In this document: one piece after another, positions 26,926 to 35,234 of the stretch
How the letters are laid out: each line of letters begins with the position of its first letter
How positions within the stretch are numbered: the first letter of the stretch is position 1
Source: Acidimicrobiia bacterium
GTDB taxonomy: Bacteria; Actinomycetota; Acidimicrobiia; Spongiisociales; ZC4RG35
DNA length: 64,000 nt
Direction of reading: 5' to 3'
Assembly: GCA_035461175.1 (NCBI GenBank)
Contig: DATHVR010000030.1
Coordinates: forward strand, 9,392 to 73,391
Translations under genes and position numbers: made by a program
Notes under the pieces: model-generated
What the model was told of the DNA's origin: nothing
The model's input: only the letters and a program-made list of their open reading frames with translations
Databases searched by the model: none

Positions 26926-28722
26926 ATGATCACGGTTGGGATCTCCCAGCTTCCTCCCGACGGCGTCTCCGACGCCGGTTTTCTCGACGATTTGGTCGAA
27001 CAGGGGTTCAACGCCCTGGAGCTTCCCTTCGTCACCGACTTTCCCTGGAAGGAGAAGCGGTGCGCCGAGTTCGGGAAGGTGGCGGCCGAACGCGGGATCC
27101 GGCTGTCCGTTCACGCCCCCTATTTCGCCACCCTGACACCCGAGGATGCCGAGCGTGGAGCCCAGTGCCTGGCGGCGCTGGAGCACACGATGAAGCTGGG
27201 GATGGCACTGGGGGCCCCGATCATCGTCGCCCACGGCGGCTCTACCCACGGTGAACCGGCCGAGGTGCTTTTAGACCGGATCTCGGAGCGGCTGGAACGG
27301 GTGGCCCCCAAGGTCGAGAATCTGGGGGTGGGATTGGGGCTGGAGACGGCGGGAAAGGAAGGGGCGTGGGGGACCCTGGGCGACATCGCCCTCGCCGCCG
27401 CCCGGTTTTCGTTCGTGCGTCCCGTGGTGGACTGGGCCCACCTCCATGCCGCCACCGGGGGCGGCCTCACCTCCCGGGAGGCTTTCGCCCAAGTCTTCGC
27501 CTTTTTGGGGTCGGAATTCCCGGGCTGGATAATCGACCCGCTCCACTGCCACTTCACCGACAATCTGGTCGGCCCCAAGGGAGAGGTGAAGCACCTCCCC
27601 TACGGGGACGGGACCCTGCGGGTGGGGCCGCTCGTGGAGGCGGCCCAGGAGGCGGGAACCAGCCTCAATCTGGTGTCGGAAGCGCGCGAGAGGGAGAGTC
27701 ACCAGGAGATCCTGGCCGAGATCCGTGCCACCGAGCAGAAGCGGGAGACGGCCGACACCTCCCGGCCGCTGGGATCGGGTCGGGTGGATTTCCCTGCTCC
27801 GATCCGGGCCGAGCGGGAAGCCGATCGCTACCGGCCCCGCACCGCCTCGCCGCTCACCCTCTCCAACCTCGATAAGCCGTTCTTCCCCGAGGGTTACACC
27901 AAGGGCGACCTGATCCAGTACTACGCCTCAGTAGCCGACGTGCTCCTTCCCCACCTCGCCGGTCGCCCGCTCTCCATGTCCCGCTACCCCGACGGGATCG
28001 GCGGCCCCCAGTTCTATGAGAAGCGGGCTCCCGGCCACCAACCCGACTGGATGCCCACCACTCCGGTTCCCTCCGACTCCCAGGGGGGTCAGATCGAGTT
28101 CATGCTGGCCGATCGGCGTGAGGCGCTGATGTGGTTCGCCAACATGGGCTGTGTCGAGGTCCATCCCTTCCATTCCCGGGCGGGGTCGCTCGAGACCCCC
28201 GACTACGCCATCTTCGACCTCGACCCCGCCGAGGGCGCCGAATGGGAGCAGGTGGTGGCGGGTGCTCACCTTATCCATGTGGCGCTGGGTCAACTGGGGA
28301 TGGTCGGGGTGCCGAAGCTGTCCGGAAGCAGGGGAATCCACGTCTACGTGCCGATCGAGGCCCGCTTCGGCTACGAGCGGGTGCGGCGGTTCGTGGGCGA
28401 GGTGGGCCGCTACCTGGTGGCGGCCAATCCCGACGACCTGACGATGAAATGGGACAAGCCGAAGCGGCGGGGGAAGGTGTTCATCGACCACAACCGCAAC
28501 GCCTCGGGCCAGACGATCGCCTCCGTGTACTCGGTGCGTCCCCGACCCGGTGCACCGGTGTCAGTCCCGATGCGCTGGGACGAGGTGGCGGCCATGCGCA
28601 ACGGCGACATCACCATCGCCAACCTGTGGGAGCGCCTCCAGCGCCATGGAGACCTCTTCGCCCCGATCCTGGGTCCCAGGCACCCCCTGGAGCCCGCCGA
28701 GGAGGCGCTGGGTCTGTCATGA
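26926..28722 (+). CDS. Fusion protein: Endonuclease IV (Nfo, AP endonuclease family 2) TIM-barrel domain + LigD-type NHEJ primase-polymerase (PolDom) domain
   Basis: Residues 1-280 carry the Nfo metal-site pattern (HAPYF, HGGS, LETAG, VDWAHLHA, HCHFTDN, LVSE). Residues about 300-598 carry LigD Pol motifs (LSNLDKPFFPEGYTKGDLIQYY, FDLDP, SGSRGIHVYV, KVFIDHNRNASGQTIASVYSVRP). It is a single uninterrupted ORF. Confidence 0.8.
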   Translation: MITVGISQLPPDGVSDAGFLDDLVEQGFNALELPFVTDFPWKEKRCAEFGKVAAERGIRLSVHAPYFATLTPEDAERGAQCLAALEHTMKLGMALGAPIIVAHGGSTHGEPAEVLLDRISERLERVAPKVENLGVGLGLETAGKEGAWGTLGDIALAAARFSFVRPVVDWAHLHAATGGGLTSREAFAQVFAFLGSEFPGWIIDPLHCHFTDNLVGPKGEVKHLPYGDGTLRVGPLVEAAQEAGTSLNLVSEARERESHQEILAEIRATEQKRETADTSRPLGSGRVDFPAPIRAEREADRYRPRTASPLTLSNLDKPFFPEGYTKGDLIQYYASVADVLLPHLAGRPLSMSRYPDGIGGPQFYEKRAPGHQPDWMPTTPVPSDSQGGQIEFMLADRREALMWFANMGCVEVHPFHSRAGSLETPDYAIFDLDPAEGAEWEQVVAGAHLIHVALGQLGMVGVPKLSGSRGIHVYVPIEARFGYERVRRFVGEVGRYLVAANPDDLTMKWDKPKRRGKVFIDHNRNASGQTIASVYSVRPRPGAPVSVPMRWDEVAAMRNGDITIANLWERLQRHGDLFAPILGPRHPLEPAEEALGLS

Positions 28723-29384
28723 GAGGAACGATCGGAGCCGAGCTTCGTCACGTGTTGAGCCGGGCCTCGTTGCTCGACGCCGTGTTCGGCCCTCTGGCAT
28801 TCGCCGTCGCCAATGCCCTCGCCGGAACGGGGACGGCGGTGGCGGTAGGGCTGGGCACGGCGCTGGCGGTGGTGCTGTGGCGCCTGATCAGAGGCGGTTC
28901 GCTCACCTATGCGATCGGCGGTGTCGGCGGGACGGTGATTGCCTCGCTGCTGGTGGGCGTAACCGGCCGGGCCGAGGACTATTTCCTACCCGGGATCCTC
29001 TCCGGTGCCGCCATGGCGGCCGTACTGATCATCAGCCTGATGGTCCGCTACCCGCTCGTGGCCGTCGCCTCCTCGGTGACCCGACAGTGGCCGCTCGGCT
29101 GGTATCTCCATCCCCGGATCCGGCCCGCCTATATGGCCGCCACCTGGATCTGGGCCGGGTTCTTCGGTCTCCGTGCCCTCGGTCAGTACCTCCTGTACCG
29201 GGAGGGGTCGGTCGAGGTCCTGGCCACGGTTCGAGTGGTGACGGGTTGGCCGGCGCTCATAGGCCTTCTCGTGATCACCTACCTGGTGGGGCGATGGCGG
29301 TTGGAGTCGCTTGCCGGCCCGTCGGTGGAGGAGTGGGAGGCCGACCAGCCCCCGCCGTGGCAGGGTCAGGAGCACGGCTTCTGA
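28719..29384 (+). CDS. DUF3159 family membrane protein
   Basis: ATG overlaps the upstream stop (ATGA). About 5 TM helices. Confidence 0.6.
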   Translation: MRGTIGAELRHVLSRASLLDAVFGPLAFAVANALAGTGTAVAVGLGTALAVVLWRLIRGGSLTYAIGGVGGTVIASLLVGVTGRAEDYFLPGILSGAAMAAVLIISLMVRYPLVAVASSVTRQWPLGWYLHPRIRPAYMAATWIWAGFFGLRALGQYLLYREGSVEVLATVRVVTGWPALIGLLVITYLVGRWRLESLAGPSVEEWEADQPPPWQGQEHGF

Positions 29385-29439
29385 GGTAGCGTCTCCCTCA
29401 GCTTGTTTTCTCGAGCGAAGGAGCGGGTAACAGTCCCTG

Positions 29440-30378
29440 ATGCCGCCGGAAACGCACAACGTCGCGGTCTTTGCCCCCAGCCTGCTCATCACCGTCACGG
29501 TCGAGTCGGGCGGAGATGACTACGACGAGATCCACTTCCACATGGGTGGCCAGGGCTACTGGGTCGCTCGGGGGATCAGGGAACTGGGGGAGAGGCCGAT
29601 CCTCACTGCTCCCGTCGGAGGGGAGCCTGGTCAGGTGATTCGGGGCCTGGTGGCATCGACCGGTCTCGACTTCTCGCCGGTCCAGATCGCCGGTCCCTCC
29701 CCCGGATACGTCCACGACCGCCGCCATGGTGAGAGAAGGGTCCTCGCCACGTCCCGTTCGCCGGATCTCGACCGGCACGAAACCGACGACCTCTATGCCC
29801 GGACCCTCCAGCACTCGGTGACCGCCGGCGTCTGTGTCATCACCGGCCGGCGGGATGAAGACCGTCTCTCCGTGGACCTGTACCGCCGGCTGGGAACCGA
29901 CTGTGCCGCCGCCGGCGTCACCTCGGTCGGCGATTTCCACGGTGACGAGCTGACGGCCTTCCTGGAGGGAGGACCGCTCGGCCTGCTCAAGGTGAGCGAT
30001 GAGGATCTGGCCCGCGACGGATTGTTGGGTGAGGGCGCGCCGGATGCTGAGGTTTGGGAGGCCATCGACCACCTGTGCGACTCCGGTGCCCGGACCGTCG
30101 TCGTCTCCCGGGGCCGCGACGGCGCCCTGGGGCGATTCGGAGTCAGGCGGGTGAAGGCGGTTCCCCCGGCCTTCGAGGTGGTCGACCCGGCGGGTTCGGG
30201 CGACTCCATGACGGCCGCCCTCGCCGTCGCCACCGTGCGCGGGCTCGACCCCGAGGACACGCTGCGTCTGGCCTGCGCCGCCGGGGCGGCCAATGTCACC
30301 CGGCACGGTCTGGGCAGCGCCCCGGTCGACCTCGTCGCCCGGGTGGTCCCACTGATCGAGATCCAAGGAGAGGAGTGA
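29440..30378 (+). CDS. PfkB family carbohydrate/nucleoside kinase (ribokinase-like)
   Basis: C-terminal DPAGSGDSMTAALA matches the PfkB signature 2. Confidence 0.75.
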   Translation: MPPETHNVAVFAPSLLITVTVESGGDDYDEIHFHMGGQGYWVARGIRELGERPILTAPVGGEPGQVIRGLVASTGLDFSPVQIAGPSPGYVHDRRHGERRVLATSRSPDLDRHETDDLYARTLQHSVTAGVCVITGRRDEDRLSVDLYRRLGTDCAAAGVTSVGDFHGDELTAFLEGGPLGLLKVSDEDLARDGLLGEGAPDAEVWEAIDHLCDSGARTVVVSRGRDGALGRFGVRRVKAVPPAFEVVDPAGSGDSMTAALAVATVRGLDPEDTLRLACAAGAANVTRHGLGSAPVDLVARVVPLIEIQGEE

Positions 30379-30384
30379 GTCGAG

Positions 30385-31206
30385 ATGGAAGCCGAACGGT
30401 TGGAGGTCGACACCAGGGCACGACCCCGCCACACCCCTCGCCGGGTGTTGCTCACCAACGACGACGGTATCGGATCGAAGGGCCTGTACGAGCTGGCCAC
30501 GGCGCTGGCAGGCGACCACGAAGTGGTCGTGGTCGCCCCCCAGGACGAACGCAGCGGCTCCGGAACAGGTATCGGCTACTTCGATCCCGTCCAGGGCGTG
30601 GGGGTCACCTCCTCCTGGGTGGCGGGTAGCCCGGCGCACGCTATCGACGGTCCGCCGGGGCTGGCGGTCATGTCGGCGATGCTGGGGGCGTTCGGCGACC
30701 TTCCGGATGTGGTCGTTTCGGGGATCAATCCCGGGATCAACACCGGCCACTCCGTGCTGCACTCGGGGACGGTCGGCGCCGTCCTCACCGCCCGGACCTT
30801 CGGATGTGACGGGGTGGCGGTCAGCCTGGCCTCCGGCGACAGTTGGCACTGGAAGACGGCGGCGGAGATCGCCCTCCCGGTGATCCGGTGGGTGCTGGAG
30901 CGCCCGGTACCCCAGCCGACGACCATCAATCTGAATGTGCCGGGGATGGAGATGGACGACGTGCGGGGAGTTCGCTGGGCGGATCTCGACGTCTTCGGAT
31001 ACTTCCGGGTGGCGGCGACAGACGATCCCGGGGAGCGACTCCAGTTCGAGGTCGGGCCACCCGAAGCGGGTCTCGATCCGGCCTCCGACACCGCCCTCGT
31101 CTCGGGTGGCTACGCCACGGTCACTCCGCTGGCCACGGTCCAACCGGCAGCCTTTCCCGATTCCCCACCTCCCGGTTGCGAACGGTTTGAACGCAGGGGC
31201 GAATAG
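30385..31206 (+). CDS. surE: 5'/3'-nucleotidase SurE
   Basis: RVLLTNDDGIGSKGL is the SurE N-terminal signature. Confidence 0.85.
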   Translation: MEAERLEVDTRARPRHTPRRVLLTNDDGIGSKGLYELATALAGDHEVVVVAPQDERSGSGTGIGYFDPVQGVGVTSSWVAGSPAHAIDGPPGLAVMSAMLGAFGDLPDVVVSGINPGINTGHSVLHSGTVGAVLTARTFGCDGVAVSLASGDSWHWKTAAEIALPVIRWVLERPVPQPTTINLNVPGMEMDDVRGVRWADLDVFGYFRVAATDDPGERLQFEVGPPEAGLDPASDTALVSGGYATVTPLATVQPAAFPDSPPPGCERFERRGE

Positions 31207-31218
31207 CCTCCAACGAGG

Positions 31219-32055
31219 ATGGAACGGCTGGTCGATCTCGTACGCGACGGCGGTGTGGCCGTGCTCACTGGCGCGGGCGTCTCCACCGATTCCGGCATCC
31301 CCGATTACCGGGGTGATCCGAACCGGGTTCGGCGTCCGCCCATCACCTACCGGGAGTTCGTCACGGACGTCCAGGGCCGGCGCCGCTACTGGGCTCGCAG
31401 CCACCTCGGTTGGAGGCGAATCACCGACGCCGTCCCCAACACCTCCCACCAAGCCGTCGCCAACCTCGAGGCCGCGGGATTGGTAGGTCCGGTGATCACC
31501 CAGAACGTGGACGGGCTTCACACCGCCGCCGGGTCACGGCGGGTGCTCGAACTCCACGGCTCGCTCCATCGCACCCTGTGCCTCGGATGCGGGGATCGTC
31601 GCTCCCGGCTGGAGCTGCACCACCGGCTCTCCGCCGCCAATCCCCGCTTCGATGAGGAGGAAGTCGAGTTCGCTCCGGACGGCGACGCCGTCATCTCCGA
31701 CGGGCTCACCACCCGCTTTCGGGTGGTCGACTGCCTGGGCTGTGGCGGGCTGCTCAAACCCGATGTGATCTTCTTCGGCGAGAACATCCCTCGCCCACGT
31801 GTGGAAGAGGCCTACCGCCTGGTCGCGGCCGCCACGTCATTGCTGGTGCTGGGTTCCTCCCTGACGGTCATGTCCGGCTACCGGTTTGTCCTCGCCGCTC
31901 ACGCCGCTTCGATCCCGGTGGCGATCGTGAACCGGGGACCCACCCGGGGCGACCAGCTGGCCGATGTCCGTATCGAGGGAGGGCTCGCCCCGGTGATGGC
32001 GGCGCTGGCCCGAACCGTCGGAGGCCCGGCCGGGAGATACCCTCTCACGGGGTGA
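31219..32055 (+). CDS. NAD-dependent protein deacylase, Sir2 (sirtuin/CobB) family
   Basis: GAGVSTDSGIPDYRG, HG, and CxxC…CxxC zinc-ribbon motifs. Confidence 0.85.
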   Translation: MERLVDLVRDGGVAVLTGAGVSTDSGIPDYRGDPNRVRRPPITYREFVTDVQGRRRYWARSHLGWRRITDAVPNTSHQAVANLEAAGLVGPVITQNVDGLHTAAGSRRVLELHGSLHRTLCLGCGDRRSRLELHHRLSAANPRFDEEEVEFAPDGDAVISDGLTTRFRVVDCLGCGGLLKPDVIFFGENIPRPRVEEAYRLVAAATSLLVLGSSLTVMSGYRFVLAAHAASIPVAIVNRGPTRGDQLADVRIEGGLAPVMAALARTVGGPAGRYPLTG

Positions 32056-32074
32056 GATACACAGGAGGAATCGC

Positions 32075-33094
32075 GTGCGCCTGGGGATGATCGGTCTGGG
32101 ACGGATGGGGGCCAACATGTCCCGGCGGATCGCCGGCGACGGGCACGAGGTGGTCGGGTTCGACATCGACCCCGGTGTTCGGAGCGAACTCGAGGGCGAG
32201 GGAGTGATCGCGGCGGCATCTTCCCTGGAGGACCTGGTCGGGGCCCTGGATGCTCCCCGCAACATCTGGATGATGCTCCCGGCTGCCATCGTCGATCCGG
32301 TCATCGACGATCTCGTGCCCATGCTCGAGCCGGGTGACTGTCTGATCGACGGCGGCAACAGCTATTACCGGGACGACATCGACCGGGCACAGCGAATCAC
32401 GCCGACCGGAGTCCACTACCTCGACGTCGGGGTGTCGGGGGGTGTGTGGGGATTGGACCGCGGCTACTCGCTCATGATCGGAGGCGGCCCCGAGGCGGTG
32501 GCCCGTCTCGCCCCCGTTTTCCGTTCGCTTGCCCCCGGGGTGGGGGCCGCCCCCCGGACCCCCGGCCGGACGGGGGACCCGGCTCCCGAGGAGGAGGGCT
32601 GGCTCCACTGCGGGCCGTCCGGAGCGGGCCATTTCGTCAAGATGGTCCACAACGGGATCGAATACGGGATGATGGCCTCCTTCGCCGAGGGGTTCGCCAT
32701 CCTCGAGCGGGCCGACGTGGGCGACGAGGATCGCCCGGCGGATGCCGAGACCTTCCCGCTGCGTGAGCCCGAGTACTACCGCTTCGACTTCGACCTCGAC
32801 CGGATCGCCGAGGTGTGGCGCCGGGGGGCGGTGGTCGGTTCGTGGCTACTCGACCTGACCGCGGCTGCCCTCCACGCCGACTCCGACCTCGACGACTACG
32901 CCGGGCACGTGTCCGACTCGGGCGAGGGACGATGGACGCTCCAGGCCGCCATCGACGAGGGTGTTCCCGCCAACGTCATCGCCTCCGCCCTCCACCAGCG
33001 TTTCAGCTCCCGCGACCAGGGCGACTACGGCGACAAGCTCCTCTCGGCCATGCGCGAGCAATTCGGCGGCCACGAGGAAAGAGGTACTGAGTAG
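32075..33094 (+). CDS. gnd: Decarboxylating 6-phosphogluconate dehydrogenase-like (short Gnd/YqeC type)
   Basis: MRLGMIGLGRMGANM NAD-binding motif and a 6PGD C-terminal domain. Confidence 0.8.
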   Translation: MRLGMIGLGRMGANMSRRIAGDGHEVVGFDIDPGVRSELEGEGVIAAASSLEDLVGALDAPRNIWMMLPAAIVDPVIDDLVPMLEPGDCLIDGGNSYYRDDIDRAQRITPTGVHYLDVGVSGGVWGLDRGYSLMIGGGPEAVARLAPVFRSLAPGVGAAPRTPGRTGDPAPEEEGWLHCGPSGAGHFVKMVHNGIEYGMMASFAEGFAILERADVGDEDRPADAETFPLREPEYYRFDFDLDRIAEVWRRGAVVGSWLLDLTAAALHADSDLDDYAGHVSDSGEGRWTLQAAIDEGVPANVIASALHQRFSSRDQGDYGDKLLSAMREQFGGHEERGTE

Positions 33095-33122
33095 CGAGTG
33101 GTGAGTGGTGGGTCACCTCACC

Positions 33123-33170
33123 GTTTTCGCGACAGAATTGCGCGCCATAGCGCGCAATTCTGTCGCGAGA
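33123..33170. repeat. Interspersed palindromic repeat, family A copy 1 (about 48 bp near-perfect palindrome; candidate bidirectional terminator)
   Basis: ttttcgcgacagaattgcgcgccatagcgcgcaattctgtcgcgagaa. Copy 2 is at 49383..49430. It lies between convergent gnd and desaturase stops. Confidence 0.65.
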
Positions 33171-33220
33171 ATCCTTCTGGACCTCCGTCCTCCGTCCTCC
33201 GACCTCTGACCTCTGACCTG

Positions 33221-34117
33221 TCAGGCCATTCCGAAGCGGGCTTCGAAGCGCTCGGCCTTGGTCATGATCTCGCCCGGGAGGGCCATCAGCTTCTCCTGGA
33301 GCTCGGAGGCGGTGGCGTCGAGGCCATCGAGCTCGGGGATGCCCCATTGCCTGAGCAGGGGCATGACGATCGAGTCGTGGTGGATGCGCAGGTTGTACAC
33401 CCCCGCCTTGGCGATGTCGATCGAACGGCGCAGGAAGCCCGGGATCCCCACCCCGGGCATCTGGAAGTTCTTGAAGGTGCGATAGATCCCCTCCAGGGCG
33501 ATAGTGGGCTGGAGTTCGATCATCGACTGCATCACGCCCTTGTAGAACATGAAGTGGTGGTTCTCGTCGGCGGCGATGTTGCGCATCAACTCGAAGGCGG
33601 TCTCGTCCTCGGTGATCTTGCCCGTGTTGCGATGTGATACCCGGGTGGCGAGTTCCTGGGCCGAGGTGTAGGCGAACAACTCGGCGACGTGACTGAAGTC
33701 GGGCTCGTAGCCGGCGGTCATCGTGGCCATGCGGTCGTCCTCGAGTTCGACCGGGTCACAGTTGCGGCTGGTGAGCAGGTAGGACCGGATGGCGATGGCG
33801 TGCTGGCCCTCCTCGGCGGTCCACAGCCCGTTCCACTCCTTCCACACCGAGCCCTCGGGGAGGTTGGTGTCGAGGATCTGGTGGTAGTAGGGGAGGTTGT
33901 CCTCGGTGAGCAGGTTGAGGACGAGGGAGGTGCGAGCCCGTTCGTTGATGGTGGCCTGAGACTCCTCCCACGGCTCCTTGACGAAGTTCCTCCCCATCTC
34001 CCAGGGGATGAAGTCGTGGAAGTACCAATGCTTGCGCCGTTCCCGATGCTCGGCGAGAAGACGGGCGACGGTGGGCTCGAGGGCCTCGACGAGTTCGAGA
34101 TGTTGGTTGGCGGCCAT
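33221..34117 (-). CDS. Acyl-ACP desaturase (DesA1/DesA2-like soluble di-iron desaturase)
   Basis: ORF 33221..34864 trimmed to MAANQHLEL (SD gaggagg). Di-iron motifs EENRH-like (TEDNLPYYH…AEEGQHAIAIR, AADENHHF). Confidence 0.85.
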   Translation of the reverse strand: MAANQHLELVEALEPTVARLLAEHRERRKHWYFHDFIPWEMGRNFVKEPWEESQATINERARTSLVLNLLTEDNLPYYHQILDTNLPEGSVWKEWNGLWTAEEGQHAIAIRSYLLTSRNCDPVELEDDRMATMTAGYEPDFSHVAELFAYTSAQELATRVSHRNTGKITEDETAFELMRNIAADENHHFMFYKGVMQSMIELQPTIALEGIYRTFKNFQMPGVGIPGFLRRSIDIAKAGVYNLRIHHDSIVMPLLRQWGIPELDGLDATASELQEKLMALPGEIMTKAERFEARFGMA

Positions 34118-34219
34118 GGGGCCTCCTCGTGTGGGAGATGTTGTCCCTAAGACCCTGCCCCACTTCCAATGGTTACATTCATGTCTTCGCGAGTCGTCAA
34201 GTTTCGATACGGTAAGCGG

Positions 34220-35227
34220 ATGGATCTCTACGCCCGGGTCAACATTCTCGACGGACGCGCCGTGCGGTTGCCGCGCGGCGACGTCCACGATGCCATCGCT
34301 CTCCACAACGATCCCTTCGAGCGGGTCATGAACTGGTTCCAGCAAGGAGCCGACCACGTCCACGTCGTCGATCTGGATGCCGCCGCCTTCGGTGACTACA
34401 AGAATCGGCCCCTGATCGACCGGATCCTGGAGGAATCCACCGGCGAAGTACAGCTGGCCGGCGGCATCCGCTCCCACGTCGAGGCGGCCCGTCTCCTGGA
34501 CCAGGGGGCGTGGCGGATCGTGATGGGAACCGCGGCCATCGAAGACCAGAACATGGTGTGGGACTTGTGCCGCGACTTCCCCGGGCGGATCGTCGTCTCC
34601 CTCGACGTCCGCCCCGACGAGGAGGTGGCGACCCGGGGGTGGACCAAGAACTCGGGCCGATACCTGGAGGAGGTCCTGATCGAGATGTCCTCCGCCGGGG
34701 CCGCCGCCTTCTTCGTCAGCGAGGTGGGCCGCGACGTCATCACGGAGACCACCAACATCCAGATCCTGGCCGAGGCCCTGGCCACCGTCGAAGAGCCGAT
34801 CGTGGCCGCCGGGGGAGTCCGCGACCTCGAGGACCTGCGCCGCCTGCTCTCGCTCTCGATCCACGAGCGCCAGGTCGACGGCGTGGTGGTGGGCCGCGAG
34901 GTTACCCAGGGCCGGTTCACACTGAGCGAGGCCAAGGAAATCATTGCCGCCGGCCCGCCCCGCGTCCCGATCGAAATCTCCGAGCCACGCCAGGAGACCC
35001 GCTCCACTCTGCCGCCGCTGATGGCCGATGCCGCTGCGGCCTACATGCGGGTGGCCGAGATCTCAGAACAGGCGGCCGGCCAGGCCCGAACCGCCGCCCA
35101 CCACATGCAGGAGGGCGACGGAAGCACCGGGGCCGCCCATGCCTTCGCCGTCCAGGGCCATCTGGCCTCCGCCCTGGAGCAGATCGAGAACCTGGCCAAG
35201 GCGCACGCCAAGGGGACCCAGCCCTGA
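34220..35227 (+). CDS. HisA/HisF-family TIM-barrel protein with about 100-aa Ala-rich C-terminal extension
   Basis: MDLYARVNILDGRAVRL…VHVVDLDAA is HisA-like. It is not in a his operon. Confidence 0.6.
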   Translation: MDLYARVNILDGRAVRLPRGDVHDAIALHNDPFERVMNWFQQGADHVHVVDLDAAAFGDYKNRPLIDRILEESTGEVQLAGGIRSHVEAARLLDQGAWRIVMGTAAIEDQNMVWDLCRDFPGRIVVSLDVRPDEEVATRGWTKNSGRYLEEVLIEMSSAGAAAFFVSEVGRDVITETTNIQILAEALATVEEPIVAAGGVRDLEDLRRLLSLSIHERQVDGVVVGREVTQGRFTLSEAKEIIAAGPPRVPIEISEPRQETRSTLPPLMADAAAAYMRVAEISEQAAGQARTAAHHMQEGDGSTGAAHAFAVQGHLASALEQIENLAKAHAKGTQP

Positions 35228-35234
35228 GGGAGGC

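Noticed and set aside
29398-31521. 707-aa minus ORF
   Set aside because: It is antisense to PfkB, SurE and Sir2, which all have clear signatures.
33221-34864. N-terminal 250 codons of the 547-aa ORF upstream of the desaturase Met
   Set aside because: It is low-complexity and overlaps the HisA-like gene on the other strand. The desaturase clearly starts at 34117, which has an SD.
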